From NCBI RefSeq assembly GCF_009914755.1, contig NC_060929.1: a stretch of DNA of 64,000 nt. One strand, given 5' to 3'. Source of the DNA: the human T2T-CHM13v2.0 reference genome, Homo sapiens. Positions 21,270 through 43,960 of the stretch are shown one piece after another. The notes beneath the pieces are model-generated. The model saw nothing but the letters and a program-made list of their open reading frames with translations. It did not search any database and was not told where the DNA came from. Position 1 is the first letter of the stretch; every line of letters starts with the position of its first letter. The translations under genes were made by a program, and so were the position numbers.

Positions 21270-22625
21270 AATAGTATTGAAACTATAATGTTTCTAGAAA
21301 TTAGGCTAACAAGTCAGAAAACCTTTGTGGAAAAGTGAATGATGTCAATAAAACATTAAATGAAATAATTAAATGTCTGAGTTAATTGAGACAGATGCTA
21401 GTTCCTTGATAGAACAACTTAATAAAGATCTGTGCTTCCCAAAATAATTTATAAATTCAATGCAATTCCAGTGAAATCCATCATAAGTAGTTAAGGATCT
21501 AAAAATGGTTTCTAATATTAATATAGAAGAACAAGTTGCATGAAGAGCTAGGATAATTTTTAAAAAGAAAAATGAGGGAATGCCTTACATTATAGATATT
21601 AGTACATATTACAAATATGAAGTAAGTAAATCTATCTGAATGATTCAGGAACAGACTCATAGACTACCAGATAGAATAGAACCCAGGATCAGATCCTCTT
21701 ATATAAGACAACTTGGTCACAGGAGGTATCGTAAAAACTGGGGTTGGTGGAGAAGAGAGATTATTTAGCAAACGTTATTGGGGAGATTGGCTCACTATAT
21801 ACAAAAACAAAATCCCTATCTCATGTCATATAAAAACAACCTTCATATGTATGTAATAGGTGAATTTGAAATATTTGAATTGGAAGAGATGAAATAAATC
21901 TAGGTAAAAATATTCATATCATCTTAGTTTGGGTTTGGATTTCTTAACAAGGCTTTAAAGCACAAAAAAGAAAAATACAAACTGATGAATATTACTGCCT
22001 CAAAATTAAAGGATAGCACAGACAAACTAACAGATGACAGTGAGAAGCCACCTGCAGTATTTTAACTGACAAGATTAATATTTACATTATTCAAATAACT
22101 CTTGCAAATCAACAACAACAAAGCCAGGAGAGACAATAGGATTTTTTAAGACAAAGGAAATGGAAATTCAAAAAAAGGGAAAACAGCCTGAAAATAGCTT
22201 TAAATGAAGTTCAACCCTTTTAGTTGGTGAAACATACACTAAAATTAGTAAAGATGAGAGATTTGGGTAATATCAAGTGGAATAATAGGAAATGACATGT
22301 ACAGCCTATTTAGAGAGCTTTCTGATAGTATTTAGTAAAATTTAATATATATGTACTCTATAATTCAGCAATTCTATTGGAGTGTGTAAGCCAGAAAACT
22401 CTTAAAGAGCTTTACAAAATGATGTATATAAGAATATTCATCCTGGGAAAGTGAAGAATAGGACTCCACTTACATATCCATCAGTAAAGCAATTGATAAA
22501 ATGTGTAACATGTTAGTGAAGGATTATTATGCAGTGATCAAAAGGAGTTAGCTAGACATGCAATCACATAAATAAATCTCAAATGTTTTAAAAGAAAAAA
22601 GACAAAGATTTATAGTATGGTGATA
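21270..22625 (+). mobile_element. Ancient L1M ORF2/3' fragment
   Basis: A-rich degenerate L1 ORF2 text (ATAAATTCAATGCAATTCCAGTGAAATCC, AATTCAGCAATTCTATT). Confidence 0.65.
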
Positions 22626-22636
22626 TACACAATATC

Positions 22637-23606
<970 letters not shown>

Positions 23607-24191
23607 TTATGAAGGGAGAGAAGAGAGAATATAGGAAAGCTATTTGTGCACATATAGGGGAATAAGGGGTATAGAAAGAAGTGAGAATGAATACCAATTA
23701 AATGGCAGTTGTCTCTTCCAAGAGATTGTTTCAATTCATTATGTCATTATAGAATTGATTTAGCATTGAACAGTTGAAGTTGTTTAAAAATACTATTATT
23801 TCTTAGCCTTCCAAAATAATCAGTTGCCCATAGAATATGAAAGCTAAGAGTTTACTTGTAATTTTGAGTTGCAACAATATCCCTGAGACTTTACATTTTT
23901 AATAAGGTTGGTAAAAATTATGTAGCACAATGATTTCACTGAAAACAATTAGCTATTAAGATATTAATATATTGTCAGGTTAAAGTTAATGGTAAAAGGA
24001 AACCCAGAGAGATAAGCAAGACCAAAATCTACTTTTTCCTTGGGAATCCTGGAAAACTTGAACCTCTATTAATAAGCATGGATCCCTAAGAGCCACACCC
24101 TTGGAGTGAGAGTAAACTGGAAATGGATGAACCCTTGTGGGGAATTTCAGCCTTGAACTTGATATTTAGCCTTAAACTTGATTTAAAGTGA

Positions 24192-24549
<358 letters not shown>

Positions 24550-24689
24550 CAAAATCTGACTTCTTATAGTGAATGTGAATGTGACCTTACAGCTTTTTTT
24601 TTTTGAGACGGAGTCTCGTTCTGTCGCCCAGTTTCTGAATGTTTGAACGTTTATTCACTCTAAGCCTCAAATCATTCATACAACTAATT

Positions 24690-25480
24690 TTTTATGTTCT
24701 TAACATAAACAGTCAAAGATAAGTGCATACACAAGAGAACGTGACACTATGAGTGAGAGCCAGCAGAAAAAAGGAACATAAAAATAAACTTGCAAGCATT
24801 TCAAATATTGTAATTATCAGACACAGTCTACAATATGTTAGGCACTTTAATTGAAATAAAAGTTAAACCTGAAGGTGTACAGGGAAAAATACTATAAAAT
24901 TTGACAGATTAGAAAACAAAATAGAACTCCTAGAAATGAAAAACTATAATAATCAAAATTTTAAACCAACTAGAAAATTTAATAGAAGATTAGATATAAC
25001 TAAACAAATAATTACTGAAAAGAAAGATAGATGAGGATATAATTTATCCAATATGTAGGTCAGAAAGTTGATAAGATGAAAAATACAGAAGAGAATATTA
25101 GAAACAGAGGACAAAGTAAAAAAGTTTAACATATGTTTAACCAGAACAAGGAGATCAGAGAAAAATTGTATCAGAAGCAATAGTTAAAGAAATAATAATT
25201 TGAATTCTTCAGAATTGATGAAAACTTCAACAAGCAGATTTAAGAGACCTAAATAAACCTAACAGGATAAATTTAAAAAGATATCCATATCTAGAAACAT
25301 TATATTGAAAGCTCAGAAAACCAAAGAAAAAGAGAAATCTTTTTTTTCAAAAGCCATGGGAAAAGGACATTGAACCCTGAAGCACATGACAGACTGACAG
25401 CTATGCTCCATGTTTCTCAACAGTAGCAATAGAAAAAAATAGAAAGTAAGATATCTTTAATGTACTGAAGGAAGTTGGCA
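24690..25480 (+). mobile_element. Ancient L1M ORF1-region fragment
   Basis: A-rich text typical of decayed L1 ORF1 (AAATAGAACTCCTAGAAATGAAAAACTATAATAATC). Confidence 0.6.
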
Positions 25481-25889
25481 AACATTTCTACCTAAATGGT
25501 CTTTGCATGTAAGAGTCATCAAATGAGAGCATGAACTCAACTTGATATCAGTTTAATTTTAAATTATTCCAGATGACAAGAAAGAAGTAGCATAAAGACA
25601 TTTTATCTCTTAAATGTGACTTCTTATAGTTTTCCTCTTTGCCCATCCCTTGCAACAATTCTGGGTCCAAGAGTTTGACCTATCTCTGTTTCTAGCCTTC
25701 TTCATCTCTAATGACATTCACTTCTACTCTAGCTTAGTCACCTATAACCATGGCCTCTCTCTGGAGATGGTAATCTCTGAAAACTACATCAAGTCTGAAG
25801 TCACAAATTCAAATATACTTCTTTTAATCTGCAACTTATTATCTTTCCTGAAGAGCTTTAATCACCATTTATGCCAAATGTGACTCTAT

Positions 25890-26880
25890 AGCCCAAACGT
25901 CTTTCCTCAACTGCATTTATGTAATAGAAGCTAATTTATATAACTGTCTATATGGATGCTCAAACTCATCCGTTTAAAATTAAAACTGTTCCCTTCCTCA
26001 AAACTAAATATACCTTCACCAACCAGCTCCATATCTATTCCTCTTTCTTCTGCTCTTCCTGTGTTTATCAGTTAATAGAACCAACAGTCACTCAGTTCCC
26101 TAAGCCTGAAGACAAAGTACATTTACCTTCATGCCTTTCTACCCCACTCCTTCTATGTTGATCACCACACCCCTATTGTTTTATCATTCTAATACAACCC
26201 CTTCACTGCATTTCTAGTTGAGGCCAATGTTTCCTCTTACTTGTATTATTGCAACCATTTGTAATCAATCTCTCACCTTTAATCTTATTCCTCTCTAATT
26301 TATTCTCAACTCTGAAACAGGATAATCTTTTTAAAAAGTAGAAACATAATCATGCCACTTTCCTGTTTTAATTATAATCCCTTTAATAACCCTGCATTTC
26401 TACTGGCATAAAGTCCAAATGCTTTGACATAGTTAAAAAATATATGCTTATCTTTCCAATTTCAACTCTTACCACTTCTCTCCTCTTGCTCTATGTCTTA
26501 GCCATATTGATTTTATTTCCTCCAAATACTTCTCTTTATTTGCATTTGCACAATCTTGTTTTTAGTTTTCCTGAACAATTTTACCCCATACCCAATTTTT
26601 GTTTAAAGTACTCCTATTAATTTTTAATGTATCAACTTAGAGAATACTTTCTCCAGAAAAATCTGTCTTGTATTTCCAAATTCTGGTTAGATGACCATCA
26701 TCTATGCCCTTGTAGTAGCATGAACTTCCTTTATCATGACATTCATTGTGCTCTATTTAAAATACATGGTCATTTTTCTGTCTCCCTCTTGCATGGCAGG
26801 AACTATGTCTGTTTACCATTCTATCCCTAACACTTATGACCATTCCTTGCACAAAGTATATTCTCAATAACTATCTGCTA
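25890..26880. mobile_element. L2 LINE 3' fragment
   Basis: L2-like text ending ...CACAAAGTATATTCTCAATAACTATCTG. Confidence 0.55.
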
Positions 26881-27597
26881 AGCTAATTAATTAATAGATA
26901 TATAAACATATTTAAAATTGTGCCTCTGGAAAGCCTGGGTCTGCAAATGATGAAATTCAGTTTCACAACTAAACTGAGGTCTAATTTGTTCACATTTTAA
27001 AAAATGTTTAACTGGACTTGCTTTTAGATTGAAAACCAGAAATGTTTTATTTTACTCACTACTTCTGAGCATTTATTTTCTACTCCTGCCAGCTAAGTCT
27101 CCTACTGAGTATCCCTAAATAAATCGTACCATTTATGCAGCTCAAAATGTCCAACCTTTCCAAAGCAACTGTTTTCATATACCAGGTTCATTTTCAAGTA
27201 CATGATGTCATTCCTCTTTTCGAAGAGTAGTTGTGGAGAGAGCTAAGACCTCTAATTCTCATTTCCAATTTTACTAAAAATCTGTTGCCTACTAAGTCAA
27301 TTACATGTAAGAGTATTCTTCACTATCTTTAGTTGTTTAATATATTGTCTTCACAGAGAGATCATAACTCGTTTGAGGCAGGGGCTACATCTTAAATATG
27401 CTTCTTATATCTACTACAGCTATAGCAGATTGTGGCTGATGATGGAAAGGTAATGGCATCACATATCACAAAAATGCAACTCGGAAAATAGGCATATAGA
27501 AGGAGCATATAATTTAAATTTATAGACAAACACACAAGAAAAATTAATATTTTGTCTGAAACGTATTGGAATTTATCTAAAACCTGAATATCTGCAG

Positions 27598-27624
27598 AGT
27601 CGCATGGTGGCGCTGCAGGATAAG
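27598..27624 (+). promoter_or_regulatory. Intact CSE / CTCF site of the PCDHB18P promoter
   Basis: AGTCGCATGGTGGCGCTGCAGGATAAG about 255 bp upstream of ATG 27865. Confidence 0.9.
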
Positions 27625-27864
27625 ACGGTGAAATTTTTGTAACCGCAGATGCTCTGGTTTTCCTTAACCATGGGAACTGAAAGCGCTGGAATACCAGGAG
27701 AAAATAGTCTTTCAAAAGGTAGGGCACCATCCACACCTTCGCGACAGGATTAAGAGTTTCTAGATTCCCAAAGGTCCAGACTGATAGGTGAGAGGAGCAA
27801 CTTTAAGAGCTGCTAGAGACTGAGTTGAAACGTTTACGCCAGAAAGACGTTTGGCTAAGGAGCT

Positions 27865-30229
<2,365 letters not shown>

Positions 30230-30944
30230 ATGGCGTGGAATGCAATTAGGGATCTGATTATGATGCAGAACTTTTAGAATGAGTCTATTTCTTTGAAATC
30301 TTATTCATTGTTATGCAGAGTTTTTCATTTTGGGTAACTGCATTTTACTCAAGAGTTTTCAGAAGTTACAAGAATTTAAGTCTATTTTTTGTTGTTTTAA
30401 CCGTGAAAAAATTGAGAGCCGGAATTTGCTTAGTCATTGTTTTGAAATACAACCTCAAATAATATATTCACAAACACATTATTTTCCCTTCAAGTTTAAT
30501 CGCACACTGGGCTCATTCATATTTTCTGAGTGTTCTGACTGTGGATCCTCTATCCAAAGCAGTTTTTATATAATTGAGAATATTATTATAGAGGTAAATG
30601 CATGATATGAATAAAAACATAATTGCTTGTTATCTGGTTAGGTTGGTTTCTGAGATGTTATCTAATTTAGGTTTCTTTCTTAAAAACCTATAATCTTTTC
30701 ATTCTACTTTTCTGGCAAACATTGCAGAGAATTTTTCCTGTACTTAGGGTTTTTTTTCCATAATTATTTGTGAACCATATATATGCTAGTAGAAGTTGTT
30801 TTATTTAAATAAATTCAAAACCTTGTTTGGATTAAGATGTATATATCCAGCTCATGCTCATTTCTTGTCTGAGAACTTCTCTATACTACCTAAGAGAGGT
30901 GATCACTAGTGTGATGCTTATTCCATTGCAGGCCTTCTTTTCTT

Positions 30945-30948
<4 letters not shown>

Positions 30949-30988
<40 letters not shown>
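30949..30988. repeat. (CA)n microsatellite followed by an antisense FLAM/Alu monomer (about 30990-31115)
   Basis: About 20 CA units visible, then a reverse Alu left arm. Confidence 0.9.
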
Positions 30989-30989
<1 letters not shown>

Positions 30990-33233
30990 GTTTGTTTTTT
31001 TCGTTTTTTAAGAGATGAGGTCTTGCCATGTCACACGGGCTAGTCTTGAACTCCTGGCCTCCAGTGATCGTACCGCATCAGCTTCCCAAATTGTTGGGAT
31101 TACAGGCATGAGCCCTGATCATTTTTTATTGGTCCTGTGATAGATTCCTGATTTAAGCTGGAATAGCTACATTCTCCAAACCCCTAAATTTGTGATTGAG
31201 ATATAGTTCATCTACTTTTTCCTCTTGAATAAGTGTTGAACGTGGGCTGAGGTAGCCATGTTTATAAGTTTCTAGATAGAGAGAAAAAGAGGGAGAGAAA
31301 ATGGAAGGAAAGAGTAAAAGTGAAAAGGAATAAGAGTGGAGGAGGCAGAAGCCTAGAAAACAGTAGAGACTAAAACAGCTACTTAGTTCTAGACCTGTCC
31401 ACCTAAGTTCAGTTCCTCCTAAGTCTCCAATGTCTAATTGCCCTTGGGTTCTACAGTAAGACTCCATTGGTAATAGTAAAATTCCTTTGTTTAACCTATC
31501 TTGAAGGGGGATTTCTTGAAATCAAAAGAGACTTGAAAGGTATGTACAACCTTGAGTACTCAATTAGACTATCTACCATGAAACCCTGGTCTTTTATTGC
31601 ATGCTTCTAATATTAACTTAATGAATGAAATACAGGATGTACAAGCCTAGAGATAACAAATCTATACTAGAGGCTTATGTAACAAAATTTAAATTTGTAA
31701 ATAACTTATGAGGTCTTTCAACAGATAAATGCTACAAAGGGCTTTATGAAATGTCTCATTAACTTTACCTCCATTATTTTATATGTCCCATGATTACTTT
31801 TTAAATAATACTTTTTGTTTAAAAAATAATAATAACACTGAAATTGTAAGTTTTGGGTGTCTGTACCTTTTCTCAGGATCATCATACCCTCCTTAGCAGA
31901 CTCGTTCTTTTAAAAATTACTTGCTAAGCTCAGTGTGAACAAAATTATTTTTGTCATGTAATGTAAAATATTCTTGCTCCATAAATAATCCCAATTTATC
32001 GATCATACGGATTGATTCATGATTTCAGTTATAGTAATAAATATTTAATTAATATCCTCTATTGCTAGAAAGCCTCACGAAAGAAATTTAAGTTTCTTCC
32101 AAGCCTAGGAGCTAAGATCTTAGAAAGAGGAAACTTTTTCCAAGAGATGAAAGATGGGAATGAAAAACTAACTTTGATTCATTGGGTTACTGACATAGGT
32201 ACAAGCTTCTATCCCATTAATATTAAAAAATGCATAGACATTCAGGACACATTTTCTTGGACATGTAAATCCATAATAGTGAATTTGGACCCATGACCAA
32301 AATATTTCTATAAGGAAATTTGTCCATCAGATTTTGCCCATGACTGGCATATTTTGAAAGTTTAATTAATCGAACTTGTTTGTATAGAAGAAAACATTCT
32401 AAAGTAGAATGTTGATTTGAGTTATTTATGCCTTAAGAGAAACCAATATGAACCACAGTTCTTACACTTGGCTCATCCTTAGTTTTCTCAGTTAGCTAGA
32501 TAATTAGAATGCCACAACACATAATAGTGTCTATTATTTAAACATTGTGAGTAAAACATTGGCTAAAGTTGGCACAGTTGGGAAGACCCCCAAGTCTCCT
32601 CCCCCAAAATGTTTTCTCTTTCCTCAGAAGTAAAAATTTCAGTTCCATGCTAGGGTTTCAGTATTCCAATGAATCCACAAGAGATACATAATTGCTTACT
32701 AAAAATGAGTTGAGATCTTCTCCAGTTGGGAATATGCTTAACCTGCTATTTCAGGTGAACTTAACATATTTTCTTCTGCATTTTACTTTTTACTTTAACT
32801 TCAGCCTTTATATCCATGATCTTGGCTGGCTCCCTCTTCAAGGTCTCAGTGACTCTCAGCTTCAACATGTGTGTATCTCAGTATTAACAATAGATGGTGA
32901 TGCTCTTTATAAATTATTTTAGATACTGTAACAAGTCAACATAACAAGCTCACAGTCCTTAGGCAATATTCACAAATAAGTTATCCACAACTCTTAGGCT
33001 ACCTATTGAGTTTGCATAATAAACCAGATTTAGCTAGTATATCACTTAAGTTTACACTCCTGAAATGTTAGAATGAATCTCTTCAACTACTGTGCTAGCA
33101 CTCATTAGATCCATCAAAGAGAAGAGGCTTTCTTAACCGAAAATTGCGTTGCTGCAAGGATTGATTCCCAGAGCAGATTGCCTACCAACGCAACATAGGC
33201 ATCCGGACCCTGAATGCTGTTGGTGTTGGAGAA

Positions 33234-35596
<2,363 letters not shown>

Positions 35597-36149
35597 GAAT
35601 CTGTAGATTTTTCAGAGCATTTAGGATAAAGGTTAGTCCTTTATCAATATATTAAGTCTCTGTTATGTTTTTTGTGCTATATAGATTTTCTAAGATTTTT
35701 GCTGATTTCATTTTCCTACTTAAGATTAGACATTTTCTTTGATTATTTGTTCATACTTGGTCTCCTTTTATCATGTCCATTTTGATGAATACAACTTTCA
35801 GGTTTACTCATTAATGAAAAGTAATATTTGTTCAATTTATCAACTTTTCAAAATCACAGGCTGTTGACTTGAAGACTCCAGCTCCATTCCGTTTCATTAA
35901 AGAAAGCTTTTCTAAACTTTTGATGCTTAGAAGACAGGAACGATGATATAGTGATTATTAGTACATATTCTATTGATTCTGTCTTATGCTTACCTGTCTT
36001 GAATTTTTAAATGGAGAAGCGTCTGCAAAAATTGCATCGTTTTATTTCACAATAGCTTGAAGTGGGAAAGACTACATTTTTCCCCAAACTTAAAGACTTT
36101 TCTGCTCTTTTTATAACCTTCACTCCATAACATATATGAGCATTATTAT

Positions 36150-36446
36150 TACTATTATTGAGTCAGAGTTTCACTCTTGTCGCCCAGGCTGGAGTGCAAT
36201 GGCGCGATCTGGGCTCACTGCAACCTCGCCTCCCCGGTTCAAGCGATTCTCCTGCCTCAGCCTCCCGAGTAGCTGGGATTACAGGCTCCTTGTTTTAGTA
36301 GAGATAGGGTTTCACCATGTTGGCCAAACTCAAACTGGCTCCTGAGGTCAGGAGTTTGGCTGGTCTCAAACTCCTGACCTCAGGTGATACACTCGCCTCT
36401 GCCTCCCAAAGTGTGGCATTACAGGTGTGAGCCACCTTGCCCGGCC
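36150..36446 (-). mobile_element. AluS with internal deletion and inverted duplication
   Basis: Reverse Alu. TSD-like ATA(T/C)GAGCAT on both sides. Confidence 0.88.
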
Positions 36447-37766
36447 ATACGAGCATCTTTAGTGATTATTAGATTATCTCAAGATTTTAAAATCATAGCT
36501 CCCTTTTGTAGCGTCTATCTAGCCCACCTGATCTTTTTCTGGAAAATTCTCCCTGTCTTTGGCTGAAGTGTAATGTTGCAGCCACATTTATTTTATATGA
36601 CCCACCTCCCTCTGTGATTTCAAACACAAAAATAAGATGATCCTAGCTGGCCTAATCTGATTCTCTCTGTTTAAAAAAAAATGGCTTTAAGAACCAGATA
36701 CAACATAGTCTCTTTGTTAGGAACATAAGCAGAAAGTGGTGTCATATTTGGCTAAACACTTGCAAAGAAATACAGAACATCAATCTATTGAGAGACAAGA
36801 AAAAATAAGGTACCAAAAGAATGACCTTGTCATAGATTTTCCTGTTTTAGATTTTCCAGTCCCTCCCAAGTCTTTTTCCCTTAGGTTGCTGGAGACAAAT
36901 TTGTGCTCTTTAATAAATTTCCCTCTAATTAAGAGATCTAAGTGAGGTTTTTGTTGTCAAAAGCATGTTTAGATATTCCTGCATTGTTGGTAAGTTAGAC
37001 CTTTCTTCCTATTGGGTTTTTATTGTGGCTTTTCATATTAGTATGACAACATTTGGGATCAAGGAGGTTGTAAAATATTAGTAGTCTATAAGGGACATGC
37101 ACTAGCTTTTGTCAGAATATACAATTTTGAGAAAAACTGAAGGATCTTTCCAATGGTACAGTCTTTGAAGTGTTTAATAGAAATTCTTAGAACATTTTAT
37201 TATATAAGAGTTTTGAATATCGTAAGTGTCATAATAACATTACTGTAAAAAAAAAACCTTGACAATGAAAAATGTGTGTCTAAAAGAGACATAATCCTTA
37301 TCTTTAGGGTCATCATAATCTTGTTATGTTCTTTCTTTCTATCATATAATATATCCCTTGCTTATGGGTAGCTAAGTTGTTTTGCCACTTAATGAAATGA
37401 CATTTTAGGTCATTCTGAGTTATTTCACATTACTATTTAAAGGGCATAGGAAATAGCTACCTTATGAACATGTTGTCTTTGTTTATCCATCTTATATAAT
37501 GAACTTGAATCCCAGAAGAAGAGGGAACTTCTACAGTAGGAGGAGAACCTATCTGTCAGAATGTTTAAATTAATTGTGATTTATTAATGGATCCATTTAA
37601 CAAATATTTATTGAGCACGTACCATGTGCCAGGGATTATTTTAGATATTGGGGATGCAGCAGTGAACAAAATGAAGTTCTAACATGTGAGGTTGAAACAG
37701 AAAGGAAACAACTAAATAAGTACATCTATACTACGTCAGATAATAAATACGAGAGAGACAAGGCAG

Positions 37767-38116
<350 letters not shown>

Positions 38117-38623
38117 TCATATGTATTTTTCCACAGTTTAAAATTTTCATAAAATCATAACTCTCTGACTTTATGTAGAAAGGATACCACACTGGAATTA
38201 ACGTGTAGCTTTTTCTTGATGTAATCCAACCAATGGGAGCACAATTCTGGTACATAGGCTGTCTAGAATTTGAAAGAAATTAAAGAATTCATTTTGTTTT
38301 GCTGATAAATTTTTAAGAAATCACGTGGCTTTATGTTATTATTATTACAAGATGACTGATCACTATTATGTCTTCTTTCACTTCTCAATTTCCCTCAGAA
38401 CACTACACCCAGACTACAGGCTCTGGAGGGTGGGGACCATGTCTGGGTTGTTTACTGATGTATTTCATAATTTGGCACATAGAGACCAATAATACTCCTT
38501 TAAATGAAGAAATTAATAATTACCATTGCGTGATATTGTGATTACATCATTTCCTCCCAATTTCCAAACTCCTAATAGAATAGAGAATAGATCAATTGTA
38601 GCAATTCGTTTCGAAGCAAAGAC

Positions 38624-38649
38624 AACGCATGGTGGCGCTGCAGGCTAAG
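38624..38649 (+). promoter_or_regulatory. CSE / CTCF site of the PCDHB15 promoter
   Basis: AACGCATGGTGGCGCTGCAGGCTAAG about 250 bp upstream of ATG 38885. Confidence 0.9.
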
Positions 38650-38836
38650 GCTTCAAAAAAAGGAAAAGGAAAAAGCCCATGAAATGCTACTAGCTACTTC
38701 AGACCTCTTTCAGCCTAAGAGGAAAGCCTGTTAGCAGAGCACGGACCAGTGTCTCCGGAGAATGCTATTCTCCTACATTTCCGAACAGGTTATCAACGCA
38801 CAGATCGATCACTGCCTCTGTCCCATCGCTCCCTGA

Positions 38837-41248
<2,412 letters not shown>

Positions 41249-42309
41249 TGTAGGTATCTGTAGCTTTCCGACCGTCTGTTAATTTTGTCTTCCTCACTTT
41301 TCACCTTAGTTTTTTTTAACCCTTTAGTAATCTTGAATTCTACTTTTTTTTAAATTTCTACTGTTGTCTTTAGTAATGTTACTCATTTCCTTTGTCTGAT
41401 TGTTAGTTTTCAAATTATTGTATTATTATAAATATTTTATATCAGGAAAGTTCATATTTCTGAATAAATTAATAGTATTCATTCCTGAAGGGTGATATGA
41501 AAGTTAACCCCACCTAATAAACATAACTCTAATTCTGAAATTACCTTTCACACTATATGACACTACATAAGAATGTATGATTTTTGAAGTCATATTTTAA
41601 GTTTTTTTTATAGTTTTTCTTATTCACACAGCTTGACTTTTTGACAAAAGTTTGGGGTGTAATCATTTCATATTTATCCATGTGTAATTTCTTCCAAGCT
41701 TCATATTTGGAGTTTTGTTTTTTCCAATAAGGAGCAACATGGATAAGTTTAAGCTACTCTTTTCAAGGTCACACTTGTAAGCATTAGATTTTCATTCTAA
41801 AACACATATGTCATCTCATAAAAATATATCTGCGTAATGTATTCTGTCTCATGTAAATTAACATAGAAAAGACTAATGGGTTCTTCCTTATCTCTATCTA
41901 ATGTTATGATCCTATTGGGGGGACTGGACAGGCTTTCTAATACCCAGATTTACTGTGTTTAAGGTGTTCGTATAAGGCCAATAGACACTAGGACCAAGTA
42001 ATGCATCTCCTGCAATTTCCTCTTTTCACAGCAGGAAAATCTTAACGAGTTCCAAATTCTGGGCTTAGAGGAGCTTCTGATGGTACAGTATGCCAACATC
42101 TACTTGTTTTGGATGGCAACATTGTTCTGATTCATAAGGAATTTGAAAGAAAATACATTGTAGAATTAATATTAGTTAACCAAACAAAATTTATTAAAGG
42201 ATATGTTGGTGAAGGAGTTGAATTATTTGAGGAAAAAACATCTGCTCTCTTGTCAGGACTTTTCTGTCTCCAGGAGCTTCTCAACTTTGCAGATACTCTA
42301 GAATGGTAT

Positions 42310-43830
42310 TGCATGCAAAATAATGACCGCCAAGATGTTCCTGCCCTAATCCCCAGAACCTATGAATATGTTATATTGCAAAGAAATTAAGGTTCAAACA
42401 GAATTAAGGTTGCCAATCAGCTAAACTTAAAATAGGGAGACTCTCCTAGATAATCTGGGTGGGTCTATTTCAATCAGTGGAAAGGCCATAAAAGCAGAGT
42501 TGAGTCTTCCGTGAGATGAAAATAAATTTTGTTTAAGGACAGCAGCTTCAGCTTATGCCCCAGAATTCCAGCCTGCCCCTCCTAACTGCCTGCTGTACAG
42601 ATTTTGGACTTGTCCAGCCACGTTTCAAAACTGAGTAAGTCACTTCCTTGCAATAAATTGATTACTACACATCTGCTGCCTGTTTCTCTGGCTGAACTCC
42701 AACTAACACAGATTTTGATACCTGGAAGTGGGGTGCTACTGTAATAAACACTTAAAATGTGCAGATGGCTTCTGAATTGGACAGTGGGCAGAGGCTGGAA
42801 GAACTTTGACAGGCATGACAGAAAAAGCCTCGCTTGCTTTGGACAGAGTGTTAGCAGAAATATGGTGTTAACAAATCTGCTAGTAAGGACTCAGAATGAA
42901 GTGAGGAGCATGTTGGAGAAACATGTTGCCTTAGAGAATACCACATCACTTTAAATAGATTGTGAGTAGAAATATGGATGTTAAAGTCTCTGCTGGTGAG
43001 GGTGCAGAAATGAGGAAAATATTATTGGAAACTGAAGAAAAGGGAATCCTTTTATATGGTGGAAGAAAAATTAGCTGAATTGTGTCCTGTAGTTATGTAG
43101 AAAGAATTTTTAAGCAATGAACTTGGGAGATTTCACTGAGATTTTCAGGCAAAGGGTTAAATGTACAGCCTGTTTTTTTCTTGCTGCTTATAGTAAAATG
43201 TGAGAGGGAAAAGAATGAGAGGAATTAGATTGAGAGAAGAACTGTGAAGCAAAAAGGAACCCAGACTTGATGGTTGGGGAAATTCTCACCCTATTCAGAC
43301 TGCAACAGATGTTAAGATCAGGAGATTCACTGCTAAGGATGCATGTTTTGGAGAGAAAGCCACAGACATATCAGGACAACCTTTTACTAGTGCGTTGAAA
43401 GAATCAGGTAGTCAATCATACAGAAGGCTCTTTGAAGAGACTAGGTACATGACATGGATATCTTCAGCCACATCAGCAGAAGCCAGGAATATAGACATAA
43501 TTACTCAGGAAATAACTTCGAAGGAGTCTCTTGTTTAATAAATTGAATCCCTGTGAAATGCACAGGAAATAAGGTTATTGAGAATGTTTAATCAGCAGAA
43601 ACACTGCCAGCTTGAATTGAAAGGGATAGAGAGAACTAATTAAAGGAGGATGTGGTACCCCCCTCCCCAAACTCTGTAAGCTAGAAATAGACTGATAAAA
43701 CTGCTTAGCTAAAAACATGTGCCAATTCCAATGAAAAAGGAAGGATGCATCAGAGGATGGAGCCTGAAGTCCAGAGAGTACAGCTCTCAAAACACAGAGG
43801 ATTAGTCCCAAGCCTTGAAAGCAGGAGTTT
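42310..43830 (+). mobile_element. MaLR/ERVL-class LTR (MLT-like, about 42310-42710) plus internal sequence
   Basis: LTR start CCTAATCCCCAGAACCTATGAATATGTT, end CTAACACA, then GATTTTGATACCTGGAAGTGGGGTGCT typical of MLT/MST internal regions. Confidence 0.75.
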
Positions 43831-43960
43831 CCCTGGATGTATTGCCACATTCATTGGTGCAGGTGATTTTTTTTTTTTTACTTTTACTTTTTTACACAGT
43901 TGCCAGACTAGGTTCCAAGTTGTCTACTTAAAATGTATGAGGCATTTGTCAGAGAAGTAA

